DNA of 64,000 nt from Bacillota bacterium (GCA_023406895.1 JAEXTV010000016.1:64663-128662), one strand, 5' to 3'; shown: positions 46,857 to 57,425, counted from the first letter of the stretch. A program made the numbers and translations. The notes: generated from the sequence alone by a model not told the origin.

Positions 46857-47839
46857 TATCCCTTCTCGATGAAAAAGCCGGCCATGTCACGTGCCATCTG
46901 TTTGCGTTCCTCCGAAACGTCCATATCCGTTAACCGTTGTGCGAGTTCCTTCGAATGAAACGGCGCGCCGATGAACACGCATGGCAGCACGTCGATAAAA
47001 TCGGCGTCGAGCGCATCGGAATACACATGCGCATCCGTCACTTTACCGTCCTTGAGCGAGAAATAGAAGTCCACACGCCCCCACGGGAACCGCACACCCG
47101 TCTCGATATCGAAGCCCGGCGAACACCCGAGCTTCCACTCCCATGAGGCGTTGCGCGCTTCAATCGCGGCCACGGCCTCTTTATCTTTAAGCACAAGCGG
47201 CTCAAACTTGCCGTATATCTTTTCAAAACTCTCGCAAAGCGCTCCGATCATCTTTTCCACGGTGATATCGGGATTGCGCTCTTTTAAATTGCACACGCGT
47301 GCGCGCACCGACTCGACGCCCTTGGAGACGATCTTGTCCTGCGATACCGAGAGATAACGCGCAAGCCGCGTCATATCGGCATCAATCAGTATCGTGCCGT
47401 GGTGAACCGCACCCGTTTTCCTGTAGCAAAACGCATTGCCCGAGAACTTCGCGCCCTCCGAGAGAATATCATTGCGGCCCGAAAATTCGGCCTCAATCCC
47501 AAGCGACTTCACCGCCTCGAGTATCACGCTGAGCTGCCGGTTTAAATCATAATCGTTTTTATCCACAATGAATGAAAAGTTGAGGTTGCCCATATCGTGA
47601 AACACCGCACCGCCGCCCGATATGCGCCGCGCGAGCTTGCCGCCTTCGCTTTCAAGCAGCGCATGCCGGCATTCCTTCCACGCGTTCTGGTTCTTGCCGA
47701 TCACGACGGTGTTCTGGTTCTGGTACAGATACAACACGCATGTGTCGGGAGGCAAAGTGTTCAGCACATGCTCCTCGACTGCGAGATTGGTCCACGGGCA
47801 TACCGAATCCGACATATGAAAATAAAAATGTTTGAGCAT
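46853..47839 (-). CDS. lplA: Lipoate-protein ligase A
   Basis: I moved the start to MLKHFYF, which follows GGGAGG. Motifs RRISGGGAVFHDMGNLNFSFI and KFSGNAF. Confidence 0.9.
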   Translation of the reverse strand: MLKHFYFHMSDSVCPWTNLAVEEHVLNTLPPDTCVLYLYQNQNTVVIGKNQNAWKECRHALLESEGGKLARRISGGGAVFHDMGNLNFSFIVDKNDYDLNRQLSVILEAVKSLGIEAEFSGRNDILSEGAKFSGNAFCYRKTGAVHHGTILIDADMTRLARYLSVSQDKIVSKGVESVRARVCNLKERNPDITVEKMIGALCESFEKIYGKFEPLVLKDKEAVAAIEARNASWEWKLGCSPGFDIETGVRFPWGRVDFYFSLKDGKVTDAHVYSDALDADFIDVLPCVFIGAPFHSKELAQRLTDMDVSEERKQMARDMAGFFIEKGY

Positions 47840-48144
47840 CGTTGTCCTCCCAATATCGATTGATGCCACTATACCATAACCGGCCGTCAGCGCGCCATGC
47901 CGATTTTTGGGAGGCAGCAGACGGTTTTCTCTTTAACAGTATTTACGTCATTTAATATAACAGATGTCATGAGTCGATTGATATTGATTTCATGATCATG
48001 GAAGCAGTCGATGAATCGATATCATTTAGCAACTATCTGATTACATGATCATTTCATCGATATAAGGATGCACCCCAATTAATGATGATGTGGCTGAAAA
48101 TACCGAACGAATGAGAAGACAGAGGGTTGTATCCTATGTCTTTT

Positions 48145-49893
48145 TTAAAACCCCTGCGTTTTGAGTATAAACTGCACCGCCGCGTTGTTGCGCGCATCCA
48201 TGAACGAGGTATACTTTTCGGCCATCTGCGAAAGCTTATCGAGATACGCTTCCATGCCGTCAATGTTGTCTTTGAGCGGCCGCAGGCCTTCCTCATCCAT
48301 TTCCGATATCCCGCCTTTGAGCTGTGCCATGCCGCTGATCAGTTCATCGAGCGCGCCCAACAGTTTGGGCAGCTGCGCTTTTGCGTCTGCCATTCCCGCC
48401 GCAATATCGTCCGCGCCGCCCGCAAGCCGAGCCGCGCCGCCGCTGAGCGCCGTGCAGGCTGCCTGCAGCTTATAAGCACCGTCCAGCAGCTGCAAACAGG
48501 AGGCGTAAAGCGTTGCGCTGCCGCCGCGCAGCTGATTCACACTGTCTGTGAAAACTCCCGAGAAGCCTGTGTAAAGCTGCTGCATACCCGTATTGAGCAG
48601 GGCTGAATTGTCTTTCAAATCCGATGCCGAGCTCACGAGTGCGTTGATGACGTCCTGCTGCGCGCTGAGTCCCGCCGCAATCGGCGCGGCAGCGGGGTCT
48701 GTTCCAGCCAGGGCGGCTGCATTTGAAGCCAATGTGCTGTTGGAGGTTGAGAGGCCGCCGAGAACCGTGCCGATACCGCCCACACCGGCATCCACACCCG
48801 CCGCGAGATTCTTCAAATCCGATATTTTTTTGGTCATCTCTGTCACCGACGCTTGCAGTTCACCTGCGCCCGTGTCGAAAGCCGCGAACGACGCAGCAAA
48901 GGCCGACATCCCCGCGTAAAAATCGTCCGCCGCGCTTTTTAGCGCTTTGGTATTGGCATTCAGCGAATCCATGCCGTTCTCAAGCGACGACGCGCCGGAT
49001 GCAAGGCCATTCATGCCGCTTTGCATATCCTTTACGGCGCTCCTCATTTGCTTGAGGCCACTCAGCAGCGCGTCCGCGCCCGACTGCATATCGTCCGCAC
49101 CCGCGAGCAGATCGTCCGCTCCATCCGTCAGGCCGTCAATGTCGATCACGTCGCCAAAGCTATCGAGCCCCGGCAACGCCTTAGGGAGCACGATGATGCT
49201 GATTGGCTCCAGCGTCATATTGGTGCCGAATAGTGTGAACGAAAACGTGCTTTCGGGCAGCGGAAACGCCGAATATGCCACCGTATAATCAGAACCCGCG
49301 AGCACCGTCGAAGCGGTATCCGGAATCTCGCGAACGGTATACATGCTGCTGGCGAGTGACAGCGACACTTGCACCGCGAACGGTGTCATAATCTCACGGT
49401 CCGTGAGGTCATCCATTTCGCCCGTGCCCGAGTTATTCCTCACGGTCATTTCAATTTTCAGCTCTCCCGTCCGCCCCGAAATCTCCTCCGGCTGTATTTT
49501 TTCGCCGTTCAGATAATAGGCGATAGCAAAGCTTACGGGCAAAGCTTTTTGTGTTTCGCCCTGATAATAGAAACCGTCCTCTCCGGCAAGCCCAGCGGGC
49601 CATGTGATCTTTTCGCCGTCTACAACTGGCGTATCCGCGCCGGTGAGATTTTTCACCTGTGTGTATGTGCCGTAATCAACGATCTCTCCGTCTGCAAAAA
49701 AGCGGTTGACCACGGTCGCGCCTGCGTAGCTGCCGTCATTGGCAAGCACGGCGTACACCGTTTCGCTCTTGGGTTTTTCGCCCTCCATTCGGGCTGGTGC
49801 AGCGCCCGAAAAACCGGCGGCAAACACGGCCGCCGCCGTGATGAGCGCGCCCACACGCAGTGCCTTATGTGTGGATAGGGTTAACCGTTTCAT
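48145..49893 (-). CDS. Exported YhgE/Pip-type heptad-repeat (xxxLxxG) protein
   Basis: I moved the start to MKRLTLSTHKALRVGALITAAAVFAAGFSG (signal/anchor). The long central region has LxxG heptads (LLAGADDMQSGADALLSGLKQMRSAVKDMQSGMNGLASGASSLENGMDSL...). It starts 4 nt after the MMPL stop. Confidence 0.6.
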   Translation of the reverse strand: MKRLTLSTHKALRVGALITAAAVFAAGFSGAAPARMEGEKPKSETVYAVLANDGSYAGATVVNRFFADGEIVDYGTYTQVKNLTGADTPVVDGEKITWPAGLAGEDGFYYQGETQKALPVSFAIAYYLNGEKIQPEEISGRTGELKIEMTVRNNSGTGEMDDLTDREIMTPFAVQVSLSLASSMYTVREIPDTASTVLAGSDYTVAYSAFPLPESTFSFTLFGTNMTLEPISIIVLPKALPGLDSFGDVIDIDGLTDGADDLLAGADDMQSGADALLSGLKQMRSAVKDMQSGMNGLASGASSLENGMDSLNANTKALKSAADDFYAGMSAFAASFAAFDTGAGELQASVTEMTKKISDLKNLAAGVDAGVGGIGTVLGGLSTSNSTLASNAAALAGTDPAAAPIAAGLSAQQDVINALVSSASDLKDNSALLNTGMQQLYTGFSGVFTDSVNQLRGGSATLYASCLQLLDGAYKLQAACTALSGGAARLAGGADDIAAGMADAKAQLPKLLGALDELISGMAQLKGGISEMDEEGLRPLKDNIDGMEAYLDKLSQMAEKYTSFMDARNNAAVQFILKTQGF

Positions 49894-49897
49894 ATCA

Positions 49898-51976
49898 TCA
49901 TCCCCTGTTCTTCTTTTTCCGCAAAGAAAGCGTTGTGGCCCGAAGAGGCTTGTCGAACAATATAAACAACGCGGGCAGCGCAAACATGATCACCACAAAG
50001 CTGATCAGCGCACCGCGCCCGACCACCGATGCGATCTCTCTCGTCGCCTTGATCGAGCTGATCGTCGTGATGGAGAGCGTCGCAAAATAGAATGTGAGCA
50101 CGCTGGTCAGCATCGGCTTGGTGGCCGTCGCAATGGCCTGCCTGATCGCCGTCTTCGGGTCGTCTGTCCTGCGTCTGAACTCAATGTAGCGTGACGTAAA
50201 CAATATTGCGTAGTCCACTGTCGCGCCGAGCTGTATCGAGTTCACAAGCACAGGCGTTAAAAATATCATGTCTTCGCCGAAATAAAAATCCCAGCCCACA
50301 TTGATATAGATTGCGGCTTTAATCACTGCCACGAGGAAAACGGGAATCAGCAGCGAGCGGAAAGCGATCATAATGATAATAAAGATGAACACCATTGAAA
50401 TCACATCCACGGTCAGGTTGTCGGTATCCGCCGTGGAGGCCATATCCGCCGCGCTCGCGTAGGATCCCGTCACATAGCTGTCTTCACCAAAGTACTCTTT
50501 GGCGGCGGCACGCACATCGCCGATGGCGGCAAACAGCGTGTCGTTGTCCATGCCGGGCTTCATCGTCACGGTAAACCGGCGGTATGTTTCGCCCACATAC
50601 GCGTCTTTGAGCACATCCGGAATAAACGCCTCCGGCACCATCGCCGCTGCGCTGTCCGAATACGCGGCAACATCGCGCACGCTGGGAAGCGCCTTGATCG
50701 TTTGCACCGCCGCCGGCTCCGCATCCGCCAATGCCTTACCGTACAGCACATGCACGGTATCCGTGATGCCGAAGGTGTCGCTGATTTTTTCCGACGCGAC
50801 GATGGGTTTTGTGTTTTCCGGCATAAATCTATCTGAAGTATAATAATATTGCTGATTCGCGCTGCCGATGATACCCGGTATTAACGCAGCCGCCACCACG
50901 GCCAGCAGCACAAATCGGTATTTGATGAGCGGGCCGGAGAGCTTTTTGAGTGACGGCATCAGCACGCGGTGCTTGCGTTTGCCGAGCGGGTATGTGGCAA
51001 GGATCGCGCAGGGCAGAAACGTTAAGCTGATCACAAGGCTGAAAACCACGCCCTTACATAGCACGATGCCGATGTCCGCGCCGATCAGGTTCTGCATGAA
51101 CATCAGCGCGATAAACCCGGCGCAGTCGGTCAGCGCGCTGGAGGAAATGGCGGTCAGTGTCGTACGCATAGAGGAAACCATCGCCGCATTCACGTCGCCG
51201 TTGACCGTTTTCAAGTCTTCTTCAAAGCGGTGTATCAGAAATATCGAAAAGTCCATGGAGATAGCGAGCTGCAATACCGCCGCAATCGCCACAGTCAGGA
51301 ACGACACCTGATCCCGCAACAGAAAGTTTGTGCCGTAATTGAGCACAATCGCGATGCCGATATTAACAATGCATAGCAGCGGCGCGATATACGACGACAG
51401 CGAGATCGCGAGTATGCCGATCAGTATGGCCCCCGCGATGGCGAGATAAAGGCCTTGCTCACGCTGCAATGTCTGCCGGAGTTCACTTAATACCACAGGC
51501 TGCCCGCCAAAATACTCGCCGTCTTCCATCATCGCCGAAATCTCACTCACAGCGGATTCGGAAAAGTCGCTTTGATCCGCGCCCTCAAATGAAACGATGA
51601 GCAGCGTGGCATCACCCTTTTTAAACTGCGCAAGCACATCGCCGGACAAAAAATCCTCGGGCTGGTAGATATCGAGCATATCGTCCATCCACGACACGGT
51701 TTTAACGCCGTCAATGGTTTCGATGCGCTGCTTTAATTGTTTTGCCTGCCAGTTTTCTTTGCCCTCAATAAGAATATACCCTTGCGCGGAGGAGGAAAAT
51801 TCTCTGTTCTCTATGGCGCTGCCCGTAACGGAATTCGCCCCTGCGGGCATAAAGGCGGACATTTCAAAGCTCGTTTTCACAAGCGGAATGCCGAGCAGAG
51901 AAGCCCCGCAGCAAAAAATTAAGAAAATAATGACCAAAACCTTATGACGAACCAAAAACCTAAAGAGTTTATTCAT
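49898..51976 (-). CDS. MMPL/RND-superfamily membrane transporter
   Basis: I moved the start to MNKLFRFLVRHK, which follows GGTGG. Two 6-TM bundles separated by extracytoplasmic domains. Confidence 0.8.
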   Translation of the reverse strand: MNKLFRFLVRHKVLVIIFLIFCCGASLLGIPLVKTSFEMSAFMPAGANSVTGSAIENREFSSSAQGYILIEGKENWQAKQLKQRIETIDGVKTVSWMDDMLDIYQPEDFLSGDVLAQFKKGDATLLIVSFEGADQSDFSESAVSEISAMMEDGEYFGGQPVVLSELRQTLQREQGLYLAIAGAILIGILAISLSSYIAPLLCIVNIGIAIVLNYGTNFLLRDQVSFLTVAIAAVLQLAISMDFSIFLIHRFEEDLKTVNGDVNAAMVSSMRTTLTAISSSALTDCAGFIALMFMQNLIGADIGIVLCKGVVFSLVISLTFLPCAILATYPLGKRKHRVLMPSLKKLSGPLIKYRFVLLAVVAAALIPGIIGSANQQYYYTSDRFMPENTKPIVASEKISDTFGITDTVHVLYGKALADAEPAAVQTIKALPSVRDVAAYSDSAAAMVPEAFIPDVLKDAYVGETYRRFTVTMKPGMDNDTLFAAIGDVRAAAKEYFGEDSYVTGSYASAADMASTADTDNLTVDVISMVFIFIIIMIAFRSLLIPVFLVAVIKAAIYINVGWDFYFGEDMIFLTPVLVNSIQLGATVDYAILFTSRYIEFRRRTDDPKTAIRQAIATATKPMLTSVLTFYFATLSITTISSIKATREIASVVGRGALISFVVIMFALPALFILFDKPLRATTLSLRKKKNRG

Positions 51977-52269
51977 AGAATTACCACCCGATATTTGGTT
52001 GCACAAATTATACCAAATCTCACGCATCCACTCAAAGCCGACGTTATACGCTGTCTATTCAAATATATTCATAAACTCACAAATATTCGGCCAAAGTGCA
52101 CAGCGGCTGTGAAATCCCGTGATTATCCGCTGTTTTTCATAGGTTCAGGGTTTGCCGTGACGGATAAAATTTTCATCTCAGGGCAGGAAGGGTGTATAGC
52201 GACACCGAATATTGAATATACTCCCATAATCAGACGAATATCGTCAAAGGAGACTGTAAGGAGGATCGC

Positions 52270-53097
52270 ATGAACCGTATCAACCGATGTTTTGGGGTTC
52301 TCGGCATTTTGGCCGCCGCTGTGATGGCCGGCGCGTTGATAGCTTCAGTCGTCTGCGATACCGGCGGTTTTTCTCCGCTCAACGCGTTTTATAACGAGCT
52401 CGGCCTCTTTTCGGGCGGATACTTCGTGCCCTCGTTTGCGATGCTTATCAATCTCTGCTTCGTGCTTCTGGGTCTCGTTTTCGGTGCCCTCATGATGTTT
52501 GATGCGTTTCGCAAAGACACCGTGTGGTCAACCGTGCTCGGCTTTTTCGGTGCACTGACGGGTGTGCTCGCGATGGCTCATGGCATTTTTACGCTCAACG
52601 TCGCGCCTTATCACTATATCGCCGCATCAGCTTTTTATTTCTCAGCCGCTGTGTTCTGCGCGCTTTATCTGATAGACAAGCTGCGCGAACGCGGCAAAAA
52701 TCCTTTTGCGACGATCATCGTCGCGGTTCTCACATGCGCTGCGGGCAGCGTTAACGCGTGGTACATCCTCTCAGGCGGTATGTCGGCTTATCTCGTGAAC
52801 AGCGCGTCACTCACAGGCCGCAGCGGCATTGAGCCGTTCGCGCTGGTCGGTTGGGCCGCGCTTGTACTGTTTTTGGTGTTCACCGTGCTGTATTCCGTGG
52901 GGTTGCTCGGCACAAGGCGGAAAAAAGCTGATTCGCCCGAAATGCCGGAGCTTAAAGAAACCGACGATGAGGACAAAAGCCTCGATGAAGCCATAGAAAA
53001 TCTGACAGATGAGAACCTTGAAGAGACGCTCGGCGCAGGGTTGCAAAAAAGCTTTGATGAAAGCACGGAAGACGACGATCAGCCGTATGGGTTATAG
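52270..53097 (+). CDS. Polytopic membrane protein with an acidic C-terminal tail (possibly DUF998-like)
   Basis: RBS TAAGGAGGA. About 6 TM segments, then the tail KETDDEDKSLDEAIENLTDENLEETL..STEDDDQPYGL. Confidence 0.5.
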   Translation: MNRINRCFGVLGILAAAVMAGALIASVVCDTGGFSPLNAFYNELGLFSGGYFVPSFAMLINLCFVLLGLVFGALMMFDAFRKDTVWSTVLGFFGALTGVLAMAHGIFTLNVAPYHYIAASAFYFSAAVFCALYLIDKLRERGKNPFATIIVAVLTCAAGSVNAWYILSGGMSAYLVNSASLTGRSGIEPFALVGWAALVLFLVFTVLYSVGLLGTRRKKADSPEMPELKETDDEDKSLDEAIENLTDENLEETLGAGLQKSFDESTEDDDQPYGL

Positions 53098-53196
53098 ATA
53101 GGGTCAATCAAACACTTCAGTCATGCAGCTGCCGAAAAAGCAGCTGCCCCATCACCTGTCGGTGACAACGGAAAAGGAATAAAATATGATAATACA

Positions 53197-53225
53197 AAGC
53201 GCGCTTCAATCAGCGCGTTTTTGAT
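53197..53225 (+). terminator. Rho-independent terminator
   Basis: CGCGCT-tcaatc-AGCGCG followed by TTTTTGATTT. Confidence 0.6.
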
Positions 53226-53374
53226 TTGAAAAGTATCTTCTTCTGTTATGCAGGAAATTAACTCATTCGGTTATCCAGCTCACTGCGCATTAAAAACTGC
53301 GAAACAAACAATATCTGTAACAGATTCTTCAGTCGCTGACGCTCCATCAGAATGACACACGTTAAGTTTTCTGA

Positions 53375-53950
53375 TTACCAATGTTTCTTATCCGGGTCAA
53401 ACGTCTTTTCTTTTAAGTTGATGCCAAGGTCCTCAACCGCGGCATATGCGGCCACCGCAATCACCGTCCACCACACAATGGGATGGCTGATGAGAAGATT
53501 CAGCGGCAGCGCGAGAAAAATCAGCAGCCCGGCCAGCTTGCCGGCCCAGGTGTGCCGAACACCGAAAACCCTGTGCTTCACATAGACCACAATGATGGAA
53601 GTAACTCTGATCACACCGATGGCAACAATCCACGGCCAGACCAAAGCGATGATGCCGATGTCGATCAGCTTATATAAAATCACACCCATCATCACCATGT
53701 CCGCGATTGAATCGAGCCGCGCCCCTGTCACGCTTTGGGTTCTCATGCGCCGCGCAATGATGCCGTCCGCCATATCGGTGATACCAGCCAGTGCATACAG
53801 CACCAGAAAAAGCCCGATGCTTAAAGGAAGCAGCAGACAAAGAGAGAGCGGTACACGAAGCAGCGTGATGATATTGGCAGCGTGCCTTTTCAAAATTTCG
53901 TCCTTAATTGTTAATACTAACAGTATACCATAGCGGCGTTCACGCTTCAT
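53375..53950 (-). CDS. CDP-alcohol phosphatidyltransferase family protein
   Basis: The DG(x)2AR..G(x)3D(x)3D motif is present: GITDMADGIIARRMRTQSVTGARLDSIADMV. Confidence 0.85.
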   Translation of the reverse strand: MKRERRYGILLVLTIKDEILKRHAANIITLLRVPLSLCLLLPLSIGLFLVLYALAGITDMADGIIARRMRTQSVTGARLDSIADMVMMGVILYKLIDIGIIALVWPWIVAIGVIRVTSIIVVYVKHRVFGVRHTWAGKLAGLLIFLALPLNLLISHPIVWWTVIAVAAYAAVEDLGINLKEKTFDPDKKHW

Positions 53951-54033
53951 ACGAAAACCCCGGGCATTTTTATATTGCCGGATTTCGTGATATAATCATA
54001 ACAAGTTTGTATTTTTAATTTGGGAGAACGTCT

Positions 54034-54831
54034 ATGAAAACACGAAAGAAGACCGTTTGGCTGACGCTTGTCCTCAGTTTGCTGCTCGCACTCACAGCCT
54101 GCACGCCCATCACATCGGAGGAATCGGATGGCACCGCGGCGGACGACGGTACGGCGACCGAAACCGCGCCCCCAAAGCTTGTGATGGCCACCGATCCCAC
54201 TTTCCCGCCTTATGAATACAACGGCGATCAGGGCATTGCAGGCATCGATATTGATATTGCCAATAAAATTGCCGCCAAGCTCGGCCTTGAGCTCGAAATC
54301 AAAACAATCCCCTTTAACGATATCGTCGCCGCCGTTCAGAATAAGCAGGTTGATATCGGCATGGCGGCACTCACCGCCGATGAAACAAGGCTTGCGGCCG
54401 TCGATTTTACGTCGCCGTACGCCACAGGCAAACAGGTGATTATTGTCAACAAGGATTCGGACATCACCGCGCCTGCCGGGCTGGCCGGAAAAAGAATCGG
54501 CGTTCAGCAAAACACAGCGGGCAGCACCTACTGCACCGAAGAGTTCGGCACAGCGGCGGTGCAAAGCTTCGGCACAGGCGCAGATGCCCTTCAGGCGCTG
54601 CTGCAGGGCAGCGTGGATGCCGTTGTGATTGACGACGGCCCGGCCAAGGTGCTGGCACAGACGAGTCAATCCGTTGTGATTCTTGATACAGAATATAAGC
54701 TGGATAAGTATGCAATAGCAGTGAATAAAGACAGCTCCTCACTGCTTAAAAAAATCAATTCGGCATTGGCCGAGCTCAAAGCTTCGGGCGAGATTCAGAG
54801 CATTATTGATAGCTATATTAAGGCCGAATAA
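54034..54831 (+). CDS. Amino-acid ABC transporter substrate-binding lipoprotein (copy 1)
   Basis: Lipobox (LALTAC), an acidic linker and a type-3 SBP core (FPPYEY, DIGMAALT, DFTSPYATGKQVIIV). Confidence 0.88.
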   Translation: MKTRKKTVWLTLVLSLLLALTACTPITSEESDGTAADDGTATETAPPKLVMATDPTFPPYEYNGDQGIAGIDIDIANKIAAKLGLELEIKTIPFNDIVAAVQNKQVDIGMAALTADETRLAAVDFTSPYATGKQVIIVNKDSDITAPAGLAGKRIGVQQNTAGSTYCTEEFGTAAVQSFGTGADALQALLQGSVDAVVIDDGPAKVLAQTSQSVVILDTEYKLDKYAIAVNKDSSSLLKKINSALAELKASGEIQSIIDSYIKAE

Positions 54832-54999
54832 ACACGGATTCATCGCGATCTCATTAATGTTTGCTGTGCCAAAGCCCAACGCATGAAAATTTGATTTGTG
54901 CGGGGCTTTATATTTTTGAATAAAAAATGAATATGGGTTGAAAATATTCTATAAATATAATATACTATTCATAAATTTTTAAAACTGGGGGACCAATAA

Positions 55000-55854
55000 A
55001 TGAAAGTGTTGAAAACAATCGCCTCTCTGGCTGTTGTATTGTGCATGATGTTTGCATTTGCCGCTTGCGCGCCGCAGGCTTCAAATGAACCGTCAGAATC
55101 GCCGAGCGAATCCGCTGCTTCTGTGGCAAGCGAAGAACCGAGTGAATCCGCTTCTGCAAGCGAAGAAGCGTCCGCGCCTGCGGAAAACGTCCTGACAATG
55201 GGTACCAACGCGGCTTTCCCGCCGTATGAGTACACCGAAGGCGACAAAATCGTGGGTATCGATGCCGAAATCGCCGCGCTGATCGCTGAGAAGCTCGGTA
55301 TGACGCTGAAGATCGAGGATATGGAGTTTGATTCGGTTATTCCCTCTGTCCAGAGCGGTAAGGTCGATATGGGTATGGCCGGCTTAACCGTCACCGATGA
55401 GCGCAAACAAGCGGTAGATTTCACCTCTTCTTACGCAACAGGCAAACAGGTCATCATCGTCGCCGAGGGTTCCAAGATCGCAACTGCGAAAGACCTTGAA
55501 GGCAAAACCATCGGCGTGCAGCTTTCCACCACGGGCGATCTCTATATCACATGGGATCTCGTTGACGAAGGACTGGCTCAGATTGAACGCTACAACAAGG
55601 GTGCCGATGCGGTGCAGGCGCTGGTACAGGGCAAGATCGACGCGGTCGTTATCGATAACGAACCCGCCAAGGTGTTTGTGGAGCAGGCTAAGGGCCTCAA
55701 GATTCTCGAAACCGAATATGTGCTCGAAGACTACGCGATTGCAGTTGCTAAGAACAACACGGAATTGCTTGATAAAATCAATACCGCGCTCGAAGAACTC
55801 ATTGCTTCGGGTGATGTTCAGAAGATTTTGGATAAATACATCAAGGCCGAATAA
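55000..55854 (+). CDS. Amino-acid ABC transporter substrate-binding lipoprotein (copy 2, paralog)
   Basis: Lipobox (FAFAAC), a Ser/Glu-rich linker and the same core motifs (FPPYEY, DMGMAGLT, DFTSSYATGKQVIIV). Confidence 0.88.
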   Translation: MKVLKTIASLAVVLCMMFAFAACAPQASNEPSESPSESAASVASEEPSESASASEEASAPAENVLTMGTNAAFPPYEYTEGDKIVGIDAEIAALIAEKLGMTLKIEDMEFDSVIPSVQSGKVDMGMAGLTVTDERKQAVDFTSSYATGKQVIIVAEGSKIATAKDLEGKTIGVQLSTTGDLYITWDLVDEGLAQIERYNKGADAVQALVQGKIDAVVIDNEPAKVFVEQAKGLKILETEYVLEDYAIAVAKNNTELLDKINTALEELIASGDVQKILDKYIKAE

Positions 55855-55915
55855 ACCTTGACAAAGCACTCATCCGCTGTTACCTTTGAAAGGGCAGAAC
55901 GGATACGATAACAGC

Positions 55916-55946
55916 AAGGCTGCCTGGTGACGGGCAGCCTTTTTTA
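55916..55946 (+). terminator. Intra-operon terminator/attenuator between the SBP and permease genes
   Basis: AAGGCTGCC-tggtgacg-GGCAGCCTT followed by TTTTA. Confidence 0.75.
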
Positions 55947-55978
55947 CATTATAAATCCCGTTAAAGGAGGGAATTCAT

Positions 55979-56683
55979 ATGGCTGAGTGGTGGCAAGAAT
56001 TGGTCAACATGTTTACACTCGCCTTCATCGATCATAATCGCTGGTTGTCCCTGTTGAAGGGCCTTGGCAACACGCTGCTTATCACTTTTTTTGCCGTCAT
56101 TATCGGCATTGTGATCGGCTTTATCGTCTCGATCATCCGTACCACACACGATAAAACCGGCAAACTCAAAATTGGCAACGCCATCTGTCAGGTCTATCTC
56201 ACTGTGATCCGCGGTACGCCGGTGATGGTGCAGATCATGATATTCTACTTCGTGATTTTCGCCGCCGCTCCCACCGAGTTTAAGATTCCGATCGCCATAC
56301 TCTCATTCGGTATCAACTCGGGCGCATATGTGGCGGAAATATTCCGCAGCGGTATCAACTCAATTGATTCGGGACAGTTTGAAGCGGGACGGAGCCTTGG
56401 CTTTAACTATACACAAACCATGTGGCACATCGTGATGCCGCAGGCTTTTAAAAATGTCATTCCGGCGCTCGCCAACGAGTTCATCGTGCTGCTCAAGGAA
56501 ACCTCGGTTGCGGGTTATATTGCCGTGGAAGACCTGACACGCAGCGGCTTCACAATCGGCGGAGCGATTTACAACTATACGCTGCCGCTGATCGCTATCG
56601 CTCTGATTTATCTGCTGCTGGTTATCCTGCTCTCATGGGGAGTTCGCAAGCTGGAAAGGAGGCTGAGACGCAGTGACCGATAA
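55979..56683 (+). CDS. Amino-acid ABC transporter permease (HisM/GlnP type)
   Basis: EAA-loop region ([24 protein letters not shown]) and 5 TM segments. Confidence 0.9.
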   Translation: MAEWWQELVNMFTLAFIDHNRWLSLLKGLGNTLLITFFAVIIGIVIGFIVSIIRTTHDKTGKLKIGNAICQVYLTVIRGTPVMVQIMIFYFVIFAAAPTEFKIPIAILSFGINSGAYVAEIFRSGINSIDSGQFEAGRSLGFNYTQTMWHIVMPQAFKNVIPALANEFIVLLKETSVAGYIAVEDLTRSGFTIGGAIYNYTLPLIAIALIYLLLVILLSWGVRKLERRLRRSDR

Positions 56684-57413
56684 CGACGTATTGATCCGCA
56701 CGCAGGGTCTGGAAAAGCATTACGGCCCCATCAAAGCATTGGACGGTATTGACGCCGAGATTCATAAGGGCGATGTCGCGGTGGTCATCGGGCCTTCCGG
56801 TTCGGGTAAATCCACATTTCTGCGGTGTCTGAACCTACTTGAAGACCCGACAGGCGGCCATGTTTACTTTGAAGGCATCGACATCACCGATCCCAAGGTG
56901 GATATCAACATCCACCGTCAAAAGATGGGCATGGTGTTTCAGCAGTTCAATCTGTTTCCGCATATGAGCGTGCTCAAAAACATGACGCTCGCACCCGTCA
57001 AGCTGCTTAATCTGTCTCAGCAGGAGGCTGACGAACGCGCGATGAATCTGCTGCAGCGCGTGGGGCTTTCCGACAGAGCCAAAGCCTATCCGGCGCAGCT
57101 TTCGGGCGGCCAAAAACAACGCATCGCCATCGTGCGCGCGCTGTGCATGAACCCCGACGTGATGCTGTTTGACGAACCCACCTCCGCACTCGATCCGGAA
57201 ATGGTCGGCGAGGTGCTCGACGTGATGAAATCGCTCGCGCAGGGCGGCATGACTATGGTCGTCGTCACGCACGAAATGGGCTTTGCGCGCGAGGTTGGCA
57301 CCCGCGCAATATTCATGGACGAAGGAAAAATCGTGGAAGAAAACAAGCCGAGCGAGCTTTTTGAAAACCCGCGAAGCGAGCGGCTCCAAAGCTTTCTTGC
57401 CAAGGTACTCTGA
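56673..57413 (+). CDS. Amino-acid ABC transporter ATP-binding protein (GlnQ type)
   Basis: [24 protein letters not shown] and [13 protein letters not shown]. Confidence 0.93.
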   Translation: MTDNDVLIRTQGLEKHYGPIKALDGIDAEIHKGDVAVVIGPSGSGKSTFLRCLNLLEDPTGGHVYFEGIDITDPKVDINIHRQKMGMVFQQFNLFPHMSVLKNMTLAPVKLLNLSQQEADERAMNLLQRVGLSDRAKAYPAQLSGGQKQRIAIVRALCMNPDVMLFDEPTSALDPEMVGEVLDVMKSLAQGGMTMVVVTHEMGFAREVGTRAIFMDEGKIVEENKPSELFENPRSERLQSFLAKVL

Positions 57414-57425
57414 TAACCGATTCCA

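Noticed and set aside
53947-54669. A 240-aa minus-strand ORF overlapping the first amino-acid binding-protein gene.
   Set aside because: The plus-strand product has a lipobox and clear SBP motifs. The minus-strand translation has no recognisable features.
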